Below, in pieces: positions 17,701 through 24,770 of a DNA stretch of 25,218 bases (positions are counted from its first letter, which is position 1; every line of letters starts with the position of its first letter). Location of the stretch: positions 1 through 25,218 of the IMG/VR virus record IMGVR_UViG_3300011337_000731; one strand, 5' to 3'. This stretch comes from a virus (lineage: Duplodnaviria; Caudoviricetes). The notes beneath the pieces were generated by a model. That model did no database searches. It saw only the letters and a list, made by a program, of their open reading frames with translations, and was not told the DNA's origin. The translations under genes were made by a program, and so were the position numbers.

Positions 17701-20700
17701 GGCCTACCGGGACGTGCTGGGCGAGGCGCGGGTGAGCGAGGCTCTGCTGGCCGGCGAGCAGACCCAGCGCGCGATGCAGCCCTCGGTCGGCCTGGGGCTG
17801 GCGTCGGCGGTGCAGGAGCGCATCCCTGGGCTGCGGACCGGCGAGACGATGCCTGCGCAGGCGCGGCCGCTCGCAGAGGCACGGGAGCCCAGCGTCTTCA
17901 CGGTGCCTTCGCAGGCCTTGCTGGTCGCGAAGAACATGCTCGGCAGCGCTGTGCGCAAGGCGGCCAAGGCCTTCCCGCAGATCGACTACACGCCCTACCG
18001 CACCACCTTCCGCGGCCAGACCCCGTTCATCGCTGAGTCCCGGCTGCGCACCATCGAGGAGGCGGTGTCGGCGATCCCCGACCAGTTCCAGCGCGAGGTG
18101 CGCGCCGCTGCTCTCGCCTCGGGCGACGCCGAGGCGGCGTTCAACGGCGTGCTGGCTCGCCGCATCGCTGCTGCGGTGCTGGAGTCCGAGGCTGCGCTCG
18201 AGCGGCGGGTGGCAGACCTCATCGCCCAGGGCATGCCTGAGACCGAGGCGTGGTCGACGGTCGCCTACCAGCAGCGCGCTGGCTTGGCGGCCGGCGGTCT
18301 GGGCACCCAGCTCCAGGGCGGCATCATCGCCCAGGCCAAAGAGCAGGCCCGTGCCATGGCGGCCGAGCAGGTGCGCGCCAAGGCGTGGGCCACCGCGCTC
18401 AACAGCTTCTTCGGCGGCCCCATCTACGGCCGGCTCATCGGCCCGGATGACAACGCGCTGCGCCCCTACATCTCCCAGGCCACGGCGGACGGAGAGCGGA
18501 TCGCCGACCTCACGCTGGGCAACTTCCGGGAGGCGCTGGGCCGGATTCGCAAGGACAACCCCGACCTCGAGCTGCGAGGTCTGCAGCGGCCCAACGTGCC
18601 CTACGGCGAGGCGCTCGCTGGCTTCTTCGGATGGATGGGCAAGCAGGACGCACGGAACCTTGGCCCTGTTCGGCTGATGAACGACGCCGTGCTCGACACC
18701 CTGTCGGCGTGGGCCATGGGCATGGACCGCCAGCGCATCGTCGCTCGCGAGGCCACGGCCATGATGGACGCCAACCCGTGGATGCGCACCGACCTGGCCT
18801 TCGGTGTGAGCTCTGACTCTGCCGCTGGGTTCGCGCGCAACCTCTTCGCGGTCGAGGGTGCCCGCCAGCAGGTCGCGAGCGGGTTGGCTGCTGCTGCCGT
18901 GCGCGCATCGGGGGCTGCAGACCCGGCAGCCGACGTGGCAGCCGAGAACGCCAGGCTCGACCAGGTCGTCCGCCGCATCCGCCAGATGTCGCTGCAGCGC
19001 CGGGTGGAGGGAACCCCCTTCACGACGACCGCGCCAGGGAAGTACAGCTCGATGCTGGACGATCTGACTGTGCGTGCGTGGCGGAACCTGACTCCCGGCG
19101 CCAAGCGAGACCTCATCGACTACGTCTACGGCAAGATGCTGCAGGAGGGCCGGGGCACCCCTGACCTGCGCACCCTGCTCTACGACTCGCTCGACGACCC
19201 GCAGCTCAACATGCTGTTCTTCGAGAAGCTGGCCACGACCCGTCAGATTCTGCGCATCATCGAAGGCCTCGACGCCTCTGTGGCTGCGCTCGCTCCTGGG
19301 CAGCGCCTGCCTGCTGGGGATCAAGACCTGCTCGACCTGCTCAACCTGGCGCGCGATGCGGGCGTGGACACCTACGACGTCGTGCAGATCGTGCGCCAGG
19401 GGCTGCTGCGCAACGCGCTCCAGTCGTTCGTGGAGCCGGCGATCTTGGAGATGCAGGCCAACGCCCGCTCGTATGGATGGGCCCCCGACCTCGAGGCGAC
19501 GCGCAAGAACATCGTCACGATGGTCGATCAGATCTCCCCCCAGGACCCGCGCTTCGCTGTGGCCGGGCAGGACTTCGTCGCGGCCATCGGCAAGCTGCAG
19601 GCGGCGAGCAAGGACGGCAAGCTCGCAGAGAACCTCGAGGCCCTGCAGCGCAGCGAGAAGCTGCAGCGCGCGCTCGGTGGAGAGGCGGGGGCGGCGGGGG
19701 ACTACGTCGCCCAGGTCCTGCTCGACACGCTGTCGATGCCCCGGACGGTCGGTGCGGCTGGCCTGCTCGGCGGCGGCTACTACATCTACAGCGACCCCGA
19801 CGTGGCTGGAGGCTCCCCGCTGCCGGTGCCTCTGCCCCTTCCGAACACCCGCTACGTCGGGACGAACCTGCTCACCGCGCCGCTGATCGCCGCGACCACG
19901 CTCGGCACCACGGGGGCCATCCGCTACCTACGCCCCCGCGGCGGCGCCGCAGCCCAGGCGGGAGAGGTGGTGCTGCAGGCCTCGGCCCAGCTCCCCGAAG
20001 TGCTGCGCCGGCCGCTGGTCGACAGCATTGGCCAGCGGCCGAACGACCTCGCCGAGGTGCTGTTCCGCACGCGCACCGGCCGCGACGTGACCCGAGGTGA
20101 GCTGGCCCAGCTCATGACCCAGCACAACATCGCGCTGACCCGCGGCGGGCTGGAGTTTGCGAACAACTTCGCACGAGACCTTGCGCGCGATGCGCGCCTG
20201 ACTGCGGAGGGTGTGAAGGCCCCGGCCCTCCGCCAGTACCTGCTCCGCAACATGGACCCGACCCGGACGGGGTTCTGGCAGTACGCCGCCAACGCCACGG
20301 ACCGGATGTTCCGGCAGAACGTCTTCGCCACCGCGCTGCAGGAGGGCCTCCCCCCGGCTCAGGCGGCGCAGCTCGCGCGCAACGTCGTGCTCGACTACGG
20401 CAACGTCAAGTACACTGGTGGGCTCAACAAGTATGTGATGTTCCTTGCGTTCCGAGAGGCCATGACCCGAGAGGTGGTCGAGGCGATCTCGCGCGACCCT
20501 GACTCGGTCAACCGCCTGCTGCTCGTGCATCGCGACCTGCAGAAGCAGATGGACGACGAGCTGCTCGCCGACCACACGCGCTTTCGCCTGCCCATCGGCG
20601 GCGCCAAGATCTTCGACCAGACCGCCAGCTCCCGCAACTACGGGCCGGTCAACCCTGCGCTCTCTGTCTACGGGGACCTCGTGCGCTTCGCGGCCATCGG

Positions 20701-21280
20701 CCTGCAGGCGGGCGCTAAGGACGTGCCGACGGGAACCATCGCCCAGGCGGTGGCCGATGAGAGCCTGACCCCCATCGTCGACATGATCATGGCCGACGCG
20801 TTGGCCAGGCCGTCGGCGACCGGGCGCGGGCAAAAGGTCGACGACGTGTGGGTGGCCTACGCCCTGCAGAACAGCCCCGACGTGCTGTGGCCGTGGCTCA
20901 AGGAGGAGTACCACATCGTCCCCGTCGCCGGCGCGGAGGAGCGCAAGGGCGGCCGGCTCGAGGCTCTGGACCCGGCGACCCCTGCGCTCGGTCGGATCGA
21001 GTACCGGTTCGCCACGACCCAGGATCACGCGCGGTTCATCCGAGACATGGCTGTGCTGCAAACCCTTGGGTTTCAGCGGACAATGGAGGACTATACTAAG
21101 ATCGGCCTAACGTATGGAGTCGAGGACTACATCGACCCGAAGCGCCGCGGGCTGCCGTCCACCTTCGGGTTCACCTTCGGCCTCGAGACGCCGCTGTCTG
21201 CGCAGTCCCAGCTCGGCGCCGTGCAAAAGGCTCTGCAGCAGCAGCAAGGCATGATCCAGGCGCAGAGTCCGCGCAACTAA
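14732..21280 (+). CDS. Giant internal virion / ejection protein (2182 aa)
   Basis: TAATG coupling; mostly helical and Ala-rich. C-terminal DRMFRQNVF...AAQLARNVVLDYGNV...MFLAF resembles the AxxxAxxxxFDY...PF region of large podoviral gp16-like injection proteins. Confidence 0.65.
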   Translation: MDRDHALRLADRYEKLGRSADAAALRAKAAAMGAPAAPAAPAAPAAPAAPAAPATRPLQIAPPAPVEEEAAVEFIPPEEQDAAQQEFEARLRDDYARGTISAEALQEGTGYTVSDEELQALRAPSAPGMEVEPPPQRVRIVVPYGSEMVPEAPAPAAAEGLYESGVPVYGRPVDEPQMASELRTRLDQMESDLIRQYIAYGYTVEAARKAARDASTEVLQRRVSPEGEPTTRGEGGLGSMLPVPPFFRESRIDFRNDPETYIEPDGTRRPATSFEKMTETFARQQVVTPELAARARQTRALQRELAFRDIPGSLLYTDEYAEEVRRQIVEATDPYLSGVLSEVDPGTGVGIETPLGAVIRQTGIISTAVNEAVLGLPLFYDVDDDGNPLDTNQFAFKVNDFLTRSLERMGMSGEDARDLTSGIIGGSAVPTGIPVPFQGINRKGNTIIDPIGMRSASETETYLGDVVTSLAKGRFLGDELYALPAYTQELATGAFQTLDPGTGQRLQDVDESAIGQAALFYPMILGAGAEMIYGIGPISAISKGARVTGTAAKAGALAGAKTAQAANLLRTAEALKTGARAADFVAHPVEHSKKVRLIRAAQDLLDDAQVQKPVLDVLMDRAEIKTVVSETIAKDVLAPYLISHLIETRPAGGTITVGDLRAMAGDSASGREFLRQMGVQDFVPDSAAWGVGGRTPDAYRNALLQYRVSAYRPAIEAIVRAGGSEEDQAARIYDLLSDPGVDPLSGKTVAERAAFARMNPGLVQGGVLADLQRVAEGAPGQTLQQVLAKLQYNPKYLAISQDAPAMQSLHAFGEALSRGMPRQGPVAESFARRLGGELYEVETDVAAGVQTRTVPDPALLREAAIGAGGRTVANTLENLVPEDLVLVTDGLMVPRQRLTTEVLDEVGRVYGDYARAPGPLSVAEVGPQVNGVPTMVYRWNIDPQFVRDEIFGVNTISRSPIRTAVLDALTEGRPLTEAEHHHLADAALAAAYRDVLGEARVSEALLAGEQTQRAMQPSVGLGLASAVQERIPGLRTGETMPAQARPLAEAREPSVFTVPSQALLVAKNMLGSAVRKAAKAFPQIDYTPYRTTFRGQTPFIAESRLRTIEEAVSAIPDQFQREVRAAALASGDAEAAFNGVLARRIAAAVLESEAALERRVADLIAQGMPETEAWSTVAYQQRAGLAAGGLGTQLQGGIIAQAKEQARAMAAEQVRAKAWATALNSFFGGPIYGRLIGPDDNALRPYISQATADGERIADLTLGNFREALGRIRKDNPDLELRGLQRPNVPYGEALAGFFGWMGKQDARNLGPVRLMNDAVLDTLSAWAMGMDRQRIVAREATAMMDANPWMRTDLAFGVSSDSAAGFARNLFAVEGARQQVASGLAAAAVRASGAADPAADVAAENARLDQVVRRIRQMSLQRRVEGTPFTTTAPGKYSSMLDDLTVRAWRNLTPGAKRDLIDYVYGKMLQEGRGTPDLRTLLYDSLDDPQLNMLFFEKLATTRQILRIIEGLDASVAALAPGQRLPAGDQDLLDLLNLARDAGVDTYDVVQIVRQGLLRNALQSFVEPAILEMQANARSYGWAPDLEATRKNIVTMVDQISPQDPRFAVAGQDFVAAIGKLQAASKDGKLAENLEALQRSEKLQRALGGEAGAAGDYVAQVLLDTLSMPRTVGAAGLLGGGYYIYSDPDVAGGSPLPVPLPLPNTRYVGTNLLTAPLIAATTLGTTGAIRYLRPRGGAAAQAGEVVLQASAQLPEVLRRPLVDSIGQRPNDLAEVLFRTRTGRDVTRGELAQLMTQHNIALTRGGLEFANNFARDLARDARLTAEGVKAPALRQYLLRNMDPTRTGFWQYAANATDRMFRQNVFATALQEGLPPAQAAQLARNVVLDYGNVKYTGGLNKYVMFLAFREAMTREVVEAISRDPDSVNRLLLVHRDLQKQMDDELLADHTRFRLPIGGAKIFDQTASSRNYGPVNPALSVYGDLVRFAAIGLQAGAKDVPTGTIAQAVADESLTPIVDMIMADALARPSATGRGQKVDDVWVAYALQNSPDVLWPWLKEEYHIVPVAGAEERKGGRLEALDPATPALGRIEYRFATTQDHARFIRDMAVLQTLGFQRTMEDYTKIGLTYGVEDYIDPKRRGLPSTFGFTFGLETPLSAQSQLGAVQKALQQQQGMIQAQSPRN
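14834..14893 (+). repeat. 9-bp coding tandem repeat (CCCGCTGCG)x5 plus degenerate copies, encoding (PAA)n
   Basis: Five perfect units 14834-14878, then CCTGCTGCG and CCTGCC. Confidence 0.95.
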
Positions 21281-21324
21281 GCTATGCTGCCCTCGCAGCC
21301 GTCCAGTAGAGGAGGAGCTCCCCG

Positions 21325-21753
21325 ATGCCAGCACGCATGACCACGTTCCTGCACACGTCGCAGACGACCGGAACAACCGGCCTGACCACGTCCTACGGGA
21401 CCGCCCGCGCCCACGACCTTGGCGCAGGCCTTCCGCCATTCGCCGTGAAGCCCTACTGGCTCGGCATCCTCGACACGCTGACGCTCCACGTCCACGCCAT
21501 CGCAGGCGGGTGCACGAAGCTCACCGTGCGTGTGACTGCGGATGCGACCGGTAACGAGACCATCCTGCCGGACACCCAGGCCACCCTCAACACCGGCATC
21601 GGCACGGCGACGACCGGCAGCGTGGCGTTCTCGGCGGGTGTCGGGTTGTCGAATCAGAACCCGACGCAGACCGACGCCATCGTCTACGTTTGGGCCAAAA
21701 CCGATGTTGGGACCTGCAACCTGAAAGAGTCCACCATCGTCTGGAGGGAGTGA
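21325..21753 (+). CDS. Hypothetical Thr-rich beta-sandwich virion protein (142 aa)
   Basis: GAGGAGG RBS; alternating beta-strand pattern; first gene after the giant ORF. Confidence 0.7.
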   Translation: MPARMTTFLHTSQTTGTTGLTTSYGTARAHDLGAGLPPFAVKPYWLGILDTLTLHVHAIAGGCTKLTVRVTADATGNETILPDTQATLNTGIGTATTGSVAFSAGVGLSNQNPTQTDAIVYVWAKTDVGTCNLKESTIVWRE

Positions 21754-21755
21754 CC

Positions 21756-22613
21756 ATGGGCCTCACCCCTTTCTTCCCTCAGAGTGGCAGTGGCGGCGGC
21801 GGCGGTGGCGGTGGCAACTGGGAGACCCTGGTCAACGTCAACTTCCGCGCCCAGGGCACCCAGTCGCTCGGCTCTGCGACCTCGTTCTCCGTGGTCGACG
21901 ACAACGGCCGCGCGATCACGGGCTCCACTACGGCGGCCTTTGTCAACGCGCCCGGCGTCACCATGGGGATCGACCCGATCAAGGGCTACTTCGTGGACAT
22001 GGCGTCCTCGACGACGAACACCACCGGGCAGATCGCAATGCCGCTGAGCTTCTCGCCTGGGGTTGCGCTGGGCGTCGATGACGATGTGAGGGTCACGATC
22101 ACCGGGTTGATCTTTTTGCCTGGTGTTGGCCACCGTCAATACTGGATGGCGGGAATGGGCCTGCCGCCGACCTACGGCTACGAGGGGTCTGGGAAAGTCG
22201 GCACGACCATGCTGCGGTACAACACGACTCAGTCGTGGCTTCGATTCGATTTCAATGGCGGGCAGACCAACTACTACAACCCGAGCTCTCCGACCCCAAC
22301 GACCCTGCAGATGATCGACGGAACCACCCAGGTCGAGGCTGGGTTTTTCTGGCCGAGGCGCGCGACGCGGGGAGAGTCCTACTTCTCGCAGCCGGACATT
22401 AGCCGGACCATGCGGGCGTGGGGTGGGCAGGACGCGCAATCCCCTTCGCTCTCGATCCAAGCCTTGGCATCCCCCTATTCTGTTCCGTCTCCATGGAACG
22501 GGAAGACCAGCTTCCTCCTCGTCAACACCTCGTACAACGCGTCGGTCGCTGGCGGCTCTCCCCAGAGCAGCCAGATCTGGAGCGCTAAGCTCGAGCGCAG
22601 GAGCATCGCATGA
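21756..22613 (+). CDS. Putative receptor-binding/tail-spike-like protein with poly-Gly linker (285 aa)
   Basis: GGGAG before ATG 21756; short N-peptide MGLTPFFPQ, GSGGGGGGGG hinge, then a Ser/Thr/Gly/aromatic beta-rich domain with atypical codon use. Function is inferred. Confidence 0.55.
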   Translation: MGLTPFFPQSGSGGGGGGGGNWETLVNVNFRAQGTQSLGSATSFSVVDDNGRAITGSTTAAFVNAPGVTMGIDPIKGYFVDMASSTTNTTGQIAMPLSFSPGVALGVDDDVRVTITGLIFLPGVGHRQYWMAGMGLPPTYGYEGSGKVGTTMLRYNTTQSWLRFDFNGGQTNYYNPSSPTPTTLQMIDGTTQVEAGFFWPRRATRGESYFSQPDISRTMRAWGGQDAQSPSLSIQALASPYSVPSPWNGKTSFLLVNTSYNASVAGGSPQSSQIWSAKLERRSIA

Positions 22614-22846
22614 TCGGCAAGATCCAAGCTGTCGCCATCGGCCCTGAGGGTCGGAACGTCGCCGACAATGAGCCGGCCCAGGGCATGCTGTTCTCGGTCT
22701 GGATCGAGGACGCAGAGCTGCAGCGCCAGCTCGCCGCCTACGACCCTGCGGTGGGCACCTCGCCTGGCGTGGCCGACGCCCGGCTGATGGCCCGCCCGAT
22801 TCTCAACGCCGCTCTCGCCGGCCCGCGCGAAGGAGGTGCCGAATGA
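22610..22846 (+). CDS. Hypothetical protein (78 aa)
   Basis: AGGAG RBS; ATGA overlaps at both ends. Confidence 0.7.
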   Translation: MIGKIQAVAIGPEGRNVADNEPAQGMLFSVWIEDAELQRQLAAYDPAVGTSPGVADARLMARPILNAALAGPREGGAE

Positions 22847-23166
22847 TCGCCCAAGCTGACCCCTCGACCCTCGCCTCGCTGGTTCCCCTGCTCGCCGGTC
22901 CCGGCGCCGCGGTCATCGTGCTGGTGCTCGTTCTCTACGGGCTCTACGTCTTGGCGGTCAAGCACCTTGTGCCGCTGGGCGCAGCTCTCGGCAAGCGCCA
23001 CCTCGACCAGATCGACCAGCTCATTGCAAATCAGCGAGCCGAGAGCGTCGCCATCACGAAGACCCTGGGCAGCATCGACCGTCGGCTCGCGCGGCTCGAG
23101 GGCCTCACCGACGCCGGGTCGTTCTCTCCGAACCCGGGCGCCCAGTCGCCCGACCGAGGTGCGTGA
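22843..23166 (+). CDS. Holin-like membrane protein
   Basis: AGGAGG RBS; hydrophobic segment (LVPLLAGPGAAVIVLVLVLYGLYVLAV) followed by a coiled coil (IDRRLARLE); two genes upstream of the endolysin. Confidence 0.55.
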   Translation: MIAQADPSTLASLVPLLAGPGAAVIVLVLVLYGLYVLAVKHLVPLGAALGKRHLDQIDQLIANQRAESVAITKTLGSIDRRLARLEGLTDAGSFSPNPGAQSPDRGA

Positions 23167-23423
23167 TGCCAAGCAAGAAGCCAGCAAAAGGCAAGGCCAA
23201 GGTCAAGATCACGCCGAGCGGCAAGAAGGTCTCCTACGGGCAGGCCGGCGCTGCGAAGGGCGGTGGCCCGCGCGTGCGGCCGGGCACCCCCAAGGGCGAC
23301 GCCTACTGCGCCCGCAGCCTGGGCCAGATGCGGGACAACCCGAAGGCCGCGGCTGACCCCAACAGCCCGCTGCGGCTGTCCCGCAAGGCGTGGGCGTGCA
23401 GCGGCGCGAAGTCCCGGAGGTGA
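23166..23423 (+). CDS. Small basic phage protein, DUF6321-like
   Basis: TGATG coupling; KVSYGQ...YCARSLGQM...DPNSPLRLSRKAWAC matches the FCARMxG...DPNS...WxC pattern I recall for this phage family. Confidence 0.65.
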   Translation: MPSKKPAKGKAKVKITPSGKKVSYGQAGAAKGGGPRVRPGTPKGDAYCARSLGQMRDNPKAAADPNSPLRLSRKAWACSGAKSRR

Positions 23424-23425
23424 CC

Positions 23426-23884
23426 ATGGATCGGCTCGGAGAGTTCTTCGGCTGGGCGGAGATGACCAAGACCTCGACCGGCCTTGACAACGTCCCAGGC
23501 CCGACAGCCCGGCTCAACATGCATGAGCTGGTGACCACCGTCCTTGACCCGCTGCGGCGCCACCTGGGGCGACCCGTCCGGGTCAACTCTGGGTTCCGAT
23601 CCCTCCGTGTCAACAGCGCAGTGGGTGGCTCTCCTCGGAGCCGGCACCTCACAGGCGAGGCGGCGGACATCGAGGCCGACGGGCTCGACGCGCACGACAT
23701 CGTCGAGGCCATCCACCTCGCCGACATCGACTACGACCAGGTCATCGCCTACGCTCCCGAGCGAGGCGGCCACGTCCACATCGGCATCCTGGCTGGCGCC
23801 GCCGCTCGCCATCGTCGTCAGCTGCTCTGGGCGCCGGCGGGCTCCCGAAGCTACGTCCCGTACACCGCAGGAGTTCGGTCATGA
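23426..23884 (+). CDS. Endolysin, peptidase M15A (D-Ala-D-Ala carboxypeptidase-like Zn metallopeptidase)
   Basis: GGAGG RBS; LDPLRRHLGRPVRVNSGFRS...NSAVGG...SRHLTGEAADI (SxHxxGxAxD) and HVHIG zinc ligands. Confidence 0.9.
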   Translation: MDRLGEFFGWAEMTKTSTGLDNVPGPTARLNMHELVTTVLDPLRRHLGRPVRVNSGFRSLRVNSAVGGSPRSRHLTGEAADIEADGLDAHDIVEAIHLADIDYDQVIAYAPERGGHVHIGILAGAAARHRRQLLWAPAGSRSYVPYTAGVRS

Positions 23885-24168
23885 AGTTCATCCGTTCCAA
23901 GAACATCCGGAGCACTCCGGTCACCGTCATCCAGACCGCGTCCGCCGCTGGCACGACCGCTGCGACCAACATCGCGATCCCCGGCATCACGATCAACGAC
24001 CGTCTTGCCGGAGTGTTCCTGCTCAACCGCGACGCGACCGCGGCCAACATCAACATCGCCAGCGTGCTGAGCGAGGCCAGCATCACCAGCGACGGCAACA
24101 TCCAGCTGGCCTCGACCAACAGCACCGGCGATGCGCTGATGGTGATTTGGCAGACCGGCACGGTGTGA
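23881..24168 (+). CDS. Small beta-rich protein, possibly virion-associated (95 aa)
   Basis: AGGAG RBS, ATGA overlap; Thr/Ala/Ile/Asn-rich (NIAIPGITINDRLAGV...SEASITSDGNIQ...TGDALMVIW); last gene of the + strand operon. Confidence 0.75.
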   Translation: MKFIRSKNIRSTPVTVIQTASAAGTTAATNIAIPGITINDRLAGVFLLNRDATAANINIASVLSEASITSDGNIQLASTNSTGDALMVIWQTGTV

Positions 24169-24232
24169 CGGTGTGATACCCTCGCCTTGCGGCCGCATGT
24201 TCCTGCTCGGGGCGGGGGATGCTGCCGCCCAT

Positions 24233-24267
24233 GCCGCCGGGGGGATGTTCCTCCGGCGGTTTGCGTT
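24233..24267 (+). terminator. Probable intrinsic terminator ending the late operon
   Basis: 12-bp stem GCCGCCGGGGGG / TCCTCCGGCGGT (G-U pairs), loop ATGT, followed by TTGCGTT; lies between convergent transcription units. Confidence 0.6.
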
Positions 24268-24371
24268 AGAGGGGCCTGGGTGTGGAGAGCTGCGTGGGCT
24301 GCGGGGCGATCCTCGTGGGGCTCCGCCCGCAGGCGGCGGTCGAGGAGTGGTTCCCCGGCCGCCGCCTGACT

Positions 24372-24770
24372 CTATCGGGTCGACGCGATGCGTTCGGCCT
24401 CGAGCTGGGTGTTGATCTTCCGGGCGACCCGCTCCGACAGCATGACGAGCAGGGAGGACGCGATCAAGATCTCCTCCTGGGTGCTCTTCGGGTCGGCCAG
24501 CAGGTAGAGGTACAGGTCGAGCGCCTCTTGCCACGCGCCGAGCAGGGCGAGGTCCCAGCCAAACGCCAGCTCAACACCGTACTTCTTGACGCCCACAGCG
24601 ATGCGCGCCTCGAGCGCGGCACGGATCGCGCCGGGCATGTTCGGGTGGTTGACCGAGTCGAAGGCGGGGCGCCCGCCGATGGACGACGGCCCGAGCGACC
24701 GCGTGGCGGCGGCGATGAACATCTCCTTGGCGTAGTTGTCGAAGGCCAGGATGTTGAGCTCACGCATCAT
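24372..24770 (-). CDS. Phage protein with RxxxGxxKYG...EALDxxxY motif; putative all-alpha (MazG-like) nucleotide pyrophosphohydrolase
   Basis: ARIAVGVKKYGVELAFGWDLALLGAWQEALDLYLYL; ATGA-coupled to the upstream microprotein. Enzyme function is inferred. Confidence 0.55.
   Translation of the reverse strand: MMRELNILAFDNYAKEMFIAAATRSLGPSSIGGRPAFDSVNHPNMPGAIRAALEARIAVGVKKYGVELAFGWDLALLGAWQEALDLYLYLLADPKSTQEEILIASSLLVMLSERVARKINTQLEAERIASTR

Noticed and set aside
14504-19324. 1606-aa antisense ORF (also 11850-14708, 603-2726, 7367-9310, 6075-7394 on the - strand)
   Set aside because: These are shadows of the real + strand genes. Strong GC3 bias removes stop codons from the antisense frame, and the translations are low-information (R/G/L/V/H-rich) with no motifs.
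14732-21280. Tape measure protein call for the giant ORF
   Set aside because: No tail tube, tail assembly chaperone or baseplate genes, and no periodic aromatic repeats; the context (adaptor, nozzle, pilot protein) indicates an ejection protein.
21690-21760. Programmed frameshift fusing the 142-aa gene to the poly-Gly protein
   Set aside because: The frames overlap, but there is no X-XXY-YYZ slippery site and the downstream gene has its own RBS and ATG at 21756.
21756-22613. Diversity-generating retroelement target
   Set aside because: No template/variable repeat pair and no reverse transcriptase in the window; atypical codons alone are insufficient.
24173-24415. Short ORFs in the convergent gap (24173-24415, 24187-24369, 24282-25058)
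   Set aside because: No convincing RBS, non-phage codon use, and overlap with the terminator or with genuine - strand genes.
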